The position numbers were made by a program, and so were the translations under genes. This document shows positions 14,601 through 26,600 of a stretch of DNA of 64,000 nt, in pieces (the first letter of the stretch is position 1; every line of letters begins with the position of its first letter). A model generated the notes under the pieces. It saw only the letters and a program-made list of their open reading frames with translations, was not told where the DNA came from and did not search any database. The stretch covers positions 18,286,750 through 18,350,749 of the forward strand of contig CM074524.1 of assembly GCA_037379345.1 (NCBI GenBank), given 5' to 3'. The stretch is from Perna viridis (lineage: Eukaryota).

Positions 14601-17600
14601 ACTAATTACTACATTTTTTTATTAGAAATCCTTATTAGATTAACGAGGTTATCACAGAATTTATATCTTTGATTTATCTTTGTACTTGGTTTCCAGCAAA
14701 ATTATTATTATTATTATTATTTTTTTTTTTTGTGTGCAAAAAAGGTTGTCACGCAAATTTATTATCTCTCTCTTAGAAAAGCTGAAAAGAGTGAGATCTC
14801 CCTCTTTTAGCATTCAAAAAGTTAACAGGTATGATTTAAGATCTGTTTTTGTTACCGTGATTGTAGGGCCAAATTTAAGTCTAAATAACCTACATCCTTT
14901 ATAAAATTGAAGATAGATCTCATTGAGAAGATAAAATTCTCAAGTAGTGTGCTGGTACTTGATTGAAATCTCATTTAAAGAGATGCATTATTCAAAATTA
15001 ATTCAAAGGACATCTTGAACATAAAATATCAATTATTTCTTCACTCCCAAGCCTGCACCAGTTTCTGATTGAAATATTCTTCATTTTCTGAAAGGAAGAA
15101 TTGACTGAAAAAACAATATTGAGCTACCAAGAACATTGTTACAGCTTTGAATTTTTTTTTACGATTTAAAAATTTCATTCTCTATTATCAAAAGCTGATA
15201 TTTCAATCCCTAAGTTAAGGGAAACCATTGAAAGAGAAGGCAGTAATGAGCTACCATATTAAGTACTTTTATTGGAATTCATCTTTTTTTCTCTTTTCAA
15301 AGATTGCATTGACGTAGCAAACACTACCAAACTACAAAGAGCACTTTTATTTGCATTTATAGAAATTGAAAGCCTGGTGGCTCTCTTATCAAAAACATTA
15401 CTACAGTGAATATTCACTGTTTTGAAGATTAGCCGAATGCCATTGATTCAGAAGACAATATTGGGCTACCATGAGCATTTGATGCATCTGTATATATCAA
15501 AGAAAATCTTACGTTATGTAATTTCTTGTTCTTTGAACTTCTCTATTTTAATACAGATGTTGTAGAAAATTCAAATCTTCTGATGTTTGAAATACAAGTA
15601 TTAAGTGTAAGTCTTTGTAAGAATCAGGCAAAATGGGAAAAATCAGAAACATGCAAGTCAAAAATGCCCCGATCTAACATTGTAATGTCACTGAAGGATG
15701 CTTTCTCTATTTGAAAGTAACACTATTTAATCTCTGCATCACCGGATTTGCTAAAAAAAATCTCCAATAGAATGTTAGAAAAATGAGGTTTTTGACAGAG
15801 TTATCTGCCCTTGAAAAGTTCATTTCCAGTGCATTTCAATGAAATTGTAACTCAGTGGTCCATCATGATATGGAAAATATTGTCTGTTTAACTTGATTCT
15901 GATGGAGCAAAAAGTCAAATTAAACTTTCAAAATGATGGGGTTTTTTGTCATACCATGTTTTACCCACTGCCTGATTCTTACAGGACTGTCTCTTAACTC
16001 TTCCTTTTTGATAAGTCTTGCAGTTGGTATCTTAATTTATGAAGTATTATGGTAAAAATCTCACTAACACTGATATAATAGAGTCTACAACACTTACTAT
16101 GCTGAACATCTGTGAAAAATGAAATAAGCACTAGATATGTATTGTTCAATAGAGTTAAAGCTAAAATATTTTGATAAAATGATAGGCCTTACAATTTACA
16201 ATGAACCAAATCTTGTCCTGTATTTAGGTATTATTATCACATTCTAGAAAATTTCATCTAGTTGAGGATATGTCTTCCAGTAGATATCTGTTTTGACTAA
16301 GGGTTATAGATTTAGTCTCACAAATATTAAGATGTTATTGCTACTTCTAAATTTTGATAAAACTGAGCATTGACATTCTATAATTCTGCAAGTACAAATC
16401 AGTAAATATTTCCAGTAGGCAAATGATGGATTTGATGGGATATATTTAGTTGGGTTGTGACAAAACTCAAATTATTTACTCATTAAAACTCCTGAAAAGT
16501 CACAAAACTTTACTTTATCAATTTTTAAACCCTGAATAATCCAAAACCTTGTCTAAACTTTACCCTGTATAATCGAAAAACCCAACTAAACCAGACTCAG
16601 ACAAAGATTCAGGTTGGGTTACCCACCCCCTAAAATTGGGAAATTTTTCCATTTTGCATGAAATCTTGATTTTTCACAAATTCTACTTTCAAAACTTTTT
16701 TTGCCTTGCTTTGCTCACCATATTATTTATGTGAGAGCTGGCCTCTAACTTGATCCACACATGAGACTTGTTGTATAATCCACTCTTATCAATTAAGATA
16801 TATTTTAACCTTGATAAATGGAACACCTATCTAAATTCTACAGTCCAAAAGGGGTTCAGTTTGGACTGGTATCACTGTTTTAATGGCTGTGTGTTAAGGA
16901 GGTAGACATAGGGACATATAATCTCTTGCAATTAGTGATATGTTTGTATCATATTCAATTCCACCAAAACCTTTTAAGTTTTCGTTTGAACTAGAATGAA
17001 ATCAGTCCAGGTTACTTTGATGCTTACATGAGATTGATTTTGTTTGTTTGTTGGGGTTTAACGTCCGAGCAGCAATATTTCAGCTATATTCAGACAATAC
17101 ATGAGATTGATGTAAAATGCTAAATACAAACATTCTAATGATTTGTAAGAGTTGTGTCCCTTACCCTATGTCTACCTCCTTAATTGGTTTTCCCTCCACT
17201 ATTTTTGCCTTACATCGCTCCATTCTTTAACAGTTGTAAAAAATCAACCCTCTCTATATTGACTTAATAATTTAATTTAATGCCCTAATTTAATCAGGGT
17301 TTACTGAAATAGAAAAAAAAATGTCTCCTTTGTCCAAGAGTTATTATTTTTGACAGATTTTTAATTCACTAAAAAATAAGTCCCATCTCTTTAGAAACTT
17401 TTCCCCTTGACAGACTTTTAAGTCACTTTTGAATGAATTTCAAAAGAAATTTTCGTATACTTGTTAAAATTTTCACTTGCTGTCTAAAATACCTTTCAAA
17501 CTTTCTTAAAGTTGAAGCCTTAATTGATTTTAAGTTTGAAGTTCTTGTCATCAAAAGAAATAACCATATAAGTGAAAGGATTAATTGAATTAATTGGTTT

Positions 17601-20600
17601 ATCGATAAATATTAGTCTAACAATGAAATATGATATTTGACAGCTTAAAATTTATTGAGTAAATAAAGTCATTATTTTTCTATTAAGATAAACAATCCAT
17701 ATTACTGGATAAACATTGCTGAATGTGTACTGGGTATCATGGTCTGTGTATTGGCTCTTGTGAAAATTGATTGAGTAATTAATAGGGTGAATATTAGTTA
17801 TGAGAGGGGTGTATGTGTAAATAAGATTTCTTCTGTTGATAGCAAACTTCTAAGGTTTGTTGTATTAGAGTGAAAATAGTGAAATGTTTAAAAGTTTATA
17901 TCTTCAGCTCCTTGACCATTAGAAAACTTATTTTAAAAATAGATTTATTGAAGAAGGTATTCAAATATGACAAAATGAAAACCAGAGGACTTTATCATCT
18001 CTTCGCCTGATAGAATCATTTATATTTATCCTAGCAATTTAAACAAGTACTATCTTTAAAAAAAGATAGTCAGCACATTTTCTCGCTTTGCCAGTCTGTT
18101 TGTTGAAAAATAAAATTTTATTGTGCAGTAGATAATTATATTATTTTTTACTTTTTTAGGTTGAGATTTCGGAGACATTAACTGTCACTGAAACCCCTTT
18201 TTAGGAAACAGGCACAAAAAAAATTCTTTATTTTAGATTTTATTTGGTAAACATTGTAATTACTGTGTTGTTTCATATCTCAATGACCACTTCTATAAAT
18301 TATTTATTAGTTCTAACTTTATTACAATTATTCAATGTAAGAAATTCAAAGACTGTTTTTGATTGAAAATTCTCCAGACAAAAAGTTACCCAAATGGAGC
18401 CTCAAAATTCACAGTTACCATGAAAGCTCCATCGGTTACATTTTTAGGGTGTCTTGTGATATCAACATGAACTCAATACCGATTGCTTTGTAATTTGTGA
18501 TTTTTCAGACACTTGATGCTCCCAATGGAGCCTTGAATTTCCCAGTAACCATCACTTTTGTCCAATGAAATGAGAGGTTCTAAGCTTCATGGGTTATGTT
18601 GCCATGGTTAAGCATCATAAAAACACAATATTACCCATAGATTCTTAAGGAGTCTCATTTCAACTTATATATATAATGCAGCTCTCATAAAACGGTGAGT
18701 GGAGCTTGCAAAATCTAAATTCATTGGTATCTCATTAGCATTGATTTTATATGGGAGTGCTTTTGAAATTATATTAATTTGTTTTTGTGAATTTATTTCA
18801 AGAATATTTTTTTTTCAGGTATGAGACCATTGGTGTACTCGGAAAAGTCTGCTAAAACACAGGGAAAGGGATGGATGAGAGGTGGTCATCATGTTAGGTA
18901 GTTATCTCCCTTACTGTTATTGAGTTGTTTTTTTTTTTTTTTTTCAATAAAGAGAACAATAAAGTAATATGATCTGGATTTTAAACCATTAGTACCATTC
19001 CTTCATGTTGATGTTTGTTGCTATACAGGTTATGCTCTGTTTTAATATCTCTGTCATGTTATAGTTAAAGCAATGCCTGAAAAGAAAACTAACTTTTCAC
19101 AGAGTAGTATCACCTTGTTTAGAGAAGCACTTTTAGAGCTACATGATATCAGACTAAAGCTTTGGAACAGATTACTTATTACTTCAAATCTCTCAGATAC
19201 TATGACATGAAAAAAATGTGTGAGAGAATTTTGAAAAAGGACTTTTGAATACAAATATTAATATACCAGGCATTTACTAGAAGAGTCACCACCCTGCAGA
19301 CACTCAACATTGAAAATGTGTGGAGAGATTTGGTTGAGGTTAATTAAATTTTAATGTTAAATCAACATTGATGTTCTTGCTTGTCATTGATAAAACAATG
19401 TAACTACATTAACAGCTATCTTACAACATCAAACGAAAGAGATTTAAAATCAACATACTTAAATTTGATTTGTTCTTTAAACAAGAGGTAAAATAAAATA
19501 CTCATTGATAGTACCACTGCTTTTTTTTCCCAGTTATTCTCGCAATGTTCTGCATTTACACTGCCCTCTACTGACCAGAGGTATCGCTTACTACATGTTA
19601 GAATGGCAAATGGTAAGTTTACATGTAAATGAAAAAAGGGGGGTGTTAATTATGCCTATTAATAAGATAAGGTTATTTGTGGATATCAGTTTTCATTGTT
19701 GTCAAAATTTGCATAATTTGAGGAGTCTTCAGTTTGTCGATTTCAGTAGAGTTTAAAAGTTTTAAACATAAATTTTACATTTTGGGGGGAATTAGGATAT
19801 GAATTTTGTCCGAACATAATTAATCATGAAAATTGTTACCCTACACATAATAGTTCTTCCATGTAAAATGAGAAACTTTGCTGCATCTGGCTACTGTGTA
19901 AATGTAATTGATTTATATTCCTTGTTTGTAAAAATGAAATTTGCTTCCATGTATTTATTCTTTGACAAATGAAATACATGTATCTTAAAACCAATACTGT
20001 GATATCTCTGGAAAATTGTCTTTAACACATTTCCAAAATTTTGTGTTTCATTTCAGGATTTTCCCAATGAGGAAGATACATGTTATCTTGCTCACTGCTA
20101 TCCCTACACTTTCACAGATTTGAAAGAAGATCTTGACTCCCTCATCAATGCCCCGGACAGAAAGGAATGTATGAAACGAGAAGTACTGTGTGAAACACGA
20201 GCAGGAAATAGCTGTTTTCTTGTTACTGCCACAAATTTTGGTAAGATCCTTATTCATTTTTTTTTTATATTTGACAAACTGACTTTCAGTTATAGTGGAC
20301 TAATGGAATCTTACACTGCCTGCTTTTAAAAATAGCTTAGGTAATTTACCATATACATAAGGGGGCTGTGCCATTTTTCATAAAAAAAAATCTCACATGA
20401 AGGATTTCGTCTTATATTTTGTCAATTCAAAAGTAGTATGTTCAGAAAATGTCAAAATCAGCCCCAAAAACTAAAGAGTTTCAAATAAATTTGATAATTG
20501 CATAATTTACTCTTTGAATATATGCCTTCATTCGAAACAAAGTTTCATTGCTGTTAATGCTTGTGTTTCACTAAAATTGTAGATGAAAATAAAGCAAAAT

Positions 20601-23600
20601 CAGAAAATCAAGCGAAAATTGTGTTAAAACAGCTTATTTAATGAGACATTTCTATGTAGAAAATATAGAGCGCATTTGTCGAACTCTTTGATATTTATAC
20701 AAAAATAGCCTACTATACTATCACAACTTCTGACAAAAGATTTCATTGTTGCGCTCTATATTTTTGGATTAAAAAAACTACCCCCTAATCCTCTCATTTT
20801 TGTGAAAATTCCTTGAAAACTTTGTGGAAGTAGCATTTTGTATCCTCTTGTGACTAAATTATGACACAATAGCTTGTATTTTCTGTATATTAGTATTCAG
20901 ATAATATTTTAGCTTTAAAAAAGGCAATTAGAAAGTTGAAACTTCAGGAAAATAGTAGGTCTGAAACAAGAGTTAGTGAATTTACTCCATTGGCTAGTCA
21001 GATTGATTAAATTGTCAAAGTTTAGAGGACTTAGGAACAACACAATACATTCAATATGAGGAATAGATCCATTGGAAATATTCTCGATTTTATTTTCATG
21101 ACACACAACATGAAAACTTACATCACTGTCTATCATATAATATTTTAGGAGGCATTTTACTATGTTTGTATTTTTATAGGTGTAAGTAAAGAGGAGCAGC
21201 ACAAAAAGAAGTTTGTTGTGATTACTGCCCGAGTCCATCCTGGTGAAACACAGGCCAGCTGGATGATGAAAGGACTTCTAGAATTTATCACTTCAAGTGA
21301 TCCTGTAGCCAAGGTAACTTAAATTATCAGGGACTTTTTGGAGTTTGGTCAGGGCAGGGTGGGGCATATCTAAAACTCTTTAATAGTACTTAACTGTAAC
21401 TATATGAAAATGTATAAATTCAATTCTGCATTCATCTTTGAGCTGCTTACATAATATATTTCCTCACATGAGAGACAGAATCATTTTTTATTTTTCAGGA
21501 ACTTCGCAATAGGTTTATATTCAAAATTGTACCTATGCTAAATCCAGATGGTGTGATAGTAGGAAATTACAGATGTTCTCTGGCAGCAAGAGATTTGAAT
21601 AGAAATTACCGTCATCCACGGAAGGAAAGTTTTCCCACTGTGTGGCATGTCAAAACATTGATGGAGAAAATACAGGAGAAGCATGAGGTATTGTGGTTTA
21701 TATAAACCTACAGAAAAAAATCACGAAAGTTTGGGGTTTATTTTAGTAGAAAATTTTGACTTGAATTAAGGTCTTTTTAATCCAATATTGCATTTTCAAT
21801 AACATTTTTTTATATTGGCACAAAATATGTACTGAAATAATATTGTCTTCATTAAATATTTAAAACTAGACAATGTGTTTTTATACCCCTGCCCCAAATG
21901 AGAGGAGGTATACTGTTTTTGGCCCATAGCCTTGTTTCCTTAACACTTTTTTTTTGTCACAGTTTTCTCAGCAACAACTCATCACAGTGGCTTCAAAATC
22001 TTTCTTTTTGTAAGTATGCTATAGTGTCAGATCCTTTTTCAAAAATATTCTACATCAACTTCCTGTTTACTGATGACTATGTTTATTTTCCTTATATCAT
22101 GATTGAAAGAGGATGTATCATTAGTGAGGCATCACTCACAGATTTCTTGTTTTTTACTTTTTATTTTAAATGGAAAAAAAATACTAGCCATAATTAATAC
22201 ATAGGAAGATGAAAACCATAACCTTTTTCATTGTACTATTTCAGATTTTGATATATTGTGATCTCCATGGACACAGTCGGAAACATAACGTATTTATGTA
22301 TGGCAATAATACATCGGAAGAGGATGTGAATGGACTGGGTGGTGCTAAAGCTTTTCTCAATGAGAGGCTTTTCCCATGGCTGATGTCTCAAAAGGTAAAA
22401 TTGGAGTGATCGCCTGAATATAGCTGAAATCTTGCTGCTCGGGCGTTAAACCCCAACAATCAATCAATCAATCAAAATTGGAGTGAAATTCTTCATCATT
22501 ATTAACATTTGAAGTAGTTCGGGTATTGCTGTTTATCCACAACTTTAAATACTGCTGTGATATTTTCTCTCCCGACATCCAAAATGTCATTTCTCTGTAT
22601 GAATATCTGCTTATACAAAATCTACTCTGACAGAGTGATCAAGGGAATGAAGATTCTAGCGGAAATAAAAAAAAAAAAAACATAATTAAGGGATAAAGAC
22701 CAGACACAGAAAACAGATAAACACCACAAAGAAATTGTAGACTATATGGACTATTTTGATGTTGTTTTAATATTTGTCATTCACATATATAGACAATAAT
22801 AGCACACCGACTTGACAAGGTAAACTTATATGTAGAAATGCAGTAACAACTACTGCAAAACGGAATTGAAAAAAGAAAAACCTTCATGGTCAGAAAAAGA
22901 CTATTTGATTCCAAGTTAGTGACATTCTGGCAACTTCAAAACAATTTAACATTTGTGACATCACAACAAATAGCTATATTCAGACAATGGTAGTACAATA
23001 CTTGTAACTGTAATTCATTTTTACTGCTTCAATAGACCTGTTGCTGAATAAATAGGATTTCTAGACTCTCAAACTTGTATATAAGGGAATGATAGCACTT
23101 CATTAGAATGGTTGATTTTGCATTGGAGGTCATGAAAGTGGTCTTTGCTAATATAAAAAAAAAACTATTTATGGCATAGTTTATCATCAAATAGGCTAGT
23201 TAGTCAGACAAAAAACTCAAGTACTTACGAGATTACACATTAGTCTGAACTACTATACCCTTCCATAGAATTTTGTAATGATTGTCATTTTCTGACATGA
23301 ACTTAAAAGTTTGTTTTCTTTGAAACTATAAATTGTAACCATCAACACTTTTATGCTTCATAGCAAAAATCACTTCAGTTTTTTTATGATATCTGGGCTG
23401 GTCGCATGTGGATATGATTTGCTGTATCTTTAAATTATAAAAAAAGAATGCACTTCAAAATATCTGGGCAAAAGTCAGTCAGATTATCACGAAGTTTGGG
23501 CTGGGTGTACATCTTTATTATTTATTCAACTATTTAAATATGCAGTAGTATGTAAGAAATACACTTTAAAATATCTGGGAAGAAGTCATGTAAGATTGTC

Positions 23601-26600
23601 ATAAAATTTTGTGGAGTACATTTCTCCCATATTTATTTTCTTCATTTTTGACAGGCACCTGACAAGTTTGCCTTTAAATCATGTAAATTCAACATAAAAC
23701 GGTGCAAAGAATCCACAGGGCGTGTGGTAATGTGGCGACAGATGAAAATACTCAATAGTTTTACTCTAGAGGCAACATTTAGTGGTACTATAATGAATAA
23801 GTAAGTATACAGACATGGTGTTAGTAATATTGATGACTTTTCTATTTTGTTAAACAGACAGTTTCTCAAGCCTGTGTAAACCAGACCTCTTCATTTAACC
23901 CATGTTCTTAGGAGATAAAATTTATTTAGAATGAACTGTAGATTTCACAATTAAGGGAGATAATTCTGTAAATGACTCTCAAATACAACCTAATCTATTG
24001 GAGTTTCATTGTTGATTATCTCCTAAGAGCAGGCAGATTTGAATGGATGATTACACATTTCATAGTAAATATAGACCAATAAAGCAATTTATTCACAAAA
24101 ATTAAAGTATGTAGCCCTTTTTGGGGTGGATCACATTTTTCAGTTATGGCATGATTCTTACAAGGACAGTTACTTAAATACAATTCTGTATTAGCTTTCA
24201 TGTCATAAAGAAAATTGATGTTTTTTTTTTCTGTCTGTCTGATAGCTTAACTGTATGTAGGACACCGGGGGGTTGCAGCTTCACCTTCCCCCTATCTTTA
24301 CTTCCATAATGGTCCCTGTTTTTAAAACATTATTTGATGAAATAGAAATCCCTGTTTTGGTCCCTCGTATCCATTCTTCGTGATCTCATCCTAAACCCCA
24401 CATTCAGTGCTAGAGCAGAAAACATATCAAAAAGACTTTATTAAAATTTTGCTTATTTTTATTGTATAGAAATTAATTATACATGTAGCATATTATATTA
24501 TTTGGTGTTGACATTAATAATGATTACATGGTTAATTTTTTTTATTTTTATTTTTATATTGTTTTTTTGCAGGAATGAATTGCGGCATTTTAACATCCAC
24601 GATTTCCAAGATATGGGTAAAGTGTTGTGTCAGACTGTGTTAGAATATCAGAAAACTCAAGAGAACAATGCGTAAGATTTCTTATTCTATATTCAGTAAA
24701 AAATTATATACGATGTTGAATAAGCTCTATCATATTATTTTTAGACAAATTTCAATGTTAATCATATGACCTCAATCATTTGGGTGTATTGTGCTTGAAT
24801 CTGTGTCAAATATGCAAGTAACCTGTATTTTTTTACAATGTGAACCTTTTCTTTTAAATGTAAGAGCCATTTTGTAGGTTTTAATTTTTGAAAATGCCAT
24901 ACTGAAATATGTAACCTCCATTCCCCATGCTCTCTGCATTAATTAAAAAAAATTTAAGATGCCCAAAAGTAGGTTAGGGGACCACTTTCAAGTTTCTTAA
25001 GAAAATTACTTTAAAAAACCTGATTTTTTAATCAATTTAAATATGTAAAAGGCGTTGATAATGATTTATATATTTGAGAGTTGTGTTTTAAAGATTTTAT
25101 AATTGTGTGCAAATTATCTAATCCTGTATGTATGAGCTGTCTGTGACATTATTCATAAGTACATGTATTAAATACGTTATTGACTCATATGTTTTAGTAA
25201 GAAAAAGCGGTAAGAGGAAGCCTTATCACATTGTGTGTCAATCCCCTCGCACTCATTGAAATGTCTTTTTTTAATAAGAATGTCCTATTGATAATTTGCA
25301 TTCTTTTTGAAAAAATGGTCTGTTGTTATATTGTTTTTTTTTTCACAAATTTGTTGAGCTAACTTCACAAACTTTTATGAATATTTAACAAGTTGATTTT
25401 TTTCTAATCTCTCTCTATACATTTCAGAGTTTCTTCACATTTTCTGCTTTTTTGTTTTGTCACAGTTTATTTTTTTTTGAAATTGTAGGTAGTGAAAAAT
25501 TTTGAATTACTGTAAATTGAATTTTATGTGTTTTAATTTTTTTCCTTTTTTTTTTGCCAAAAAATGGTGATAATGTTATTTTCGTAAAAACTTAGTAAAC
25601 TTAAAATTGTTACTTCATTTAATGATAGAAGGTAAAAAGTGTATCCTAGAATAGGTTCATTCCTGTAGAGAATGAGAAATGATATTCCCTGAAAATTTAT
25701 ACATCTAACAATGTATTACTTGAATGTGGAATTATTTTGGAATTTAGAAAATGAGTAAAAAAATAATTTGTAAAATTAACCCTTACCATGGGGGTTAGTC
25801 ATGCCAGCATGGCTAAGAGATAAAGTTAGTTGAATGACAAAAGCCAAGGAAAAGTGACTAAACCATTTAGTCATGATGGCAAGACTATAACCAACTAAGT
25901 AGGGATAAGCTTTATTATTATTATTATTTTTTGTTTTTGTTTTTTTTTTTTAATCCAAAATAATTCCAAACTCTAATGATACCTTGTATATCTACATAAT
26001 TTCAAATCGTTTATCCCAAATTACTCTCCTTAATTATTTTTGTTCTAACCTTATAGTGTAAAAATATATTTTTTTCAACAGTAAACAGTCACAAATGGTA
26101 CTGGAGTTGACACAGTATGTGACCCAACAAGTTCTAGAACAGCGTGGCATGCTGGATAGGGTCAAAGTTCCTAACCTCAAGGCCTTGACCCGAGGGGATA
26201 GACCACCAAATACCATAACAAATAATTCAGGTAAATATTACTATTTATTCATATTCAACCTACAAAATTAGGTTAATTGGTCTTAAGGGCTTTGGATCAT
26301 TAACTTGTACTGTAGTTTGTTTCCTGCTTATACAATGTATAGATCTCTCTAAGTAAGGTTCAGCTAAAGATTTCAGTGTTAATCCCAGTAAGAATCAGGC
26401 AGAATGTGAAACATGGTATAAAAAAACACCATTTTGATAGTTTAATTTAATTATTTACACCATCAGAATCAAGTAAAAAAGACAATATTTTCCATATAAC
26501 TTTATAATTTCACTGAAATGCACTGAAAATTTCAAGGGCAGATAAGTCAACAAAATCCTAATTTTTCTAACATTCTATTGAAAAATTTCTGAGCAAATCC

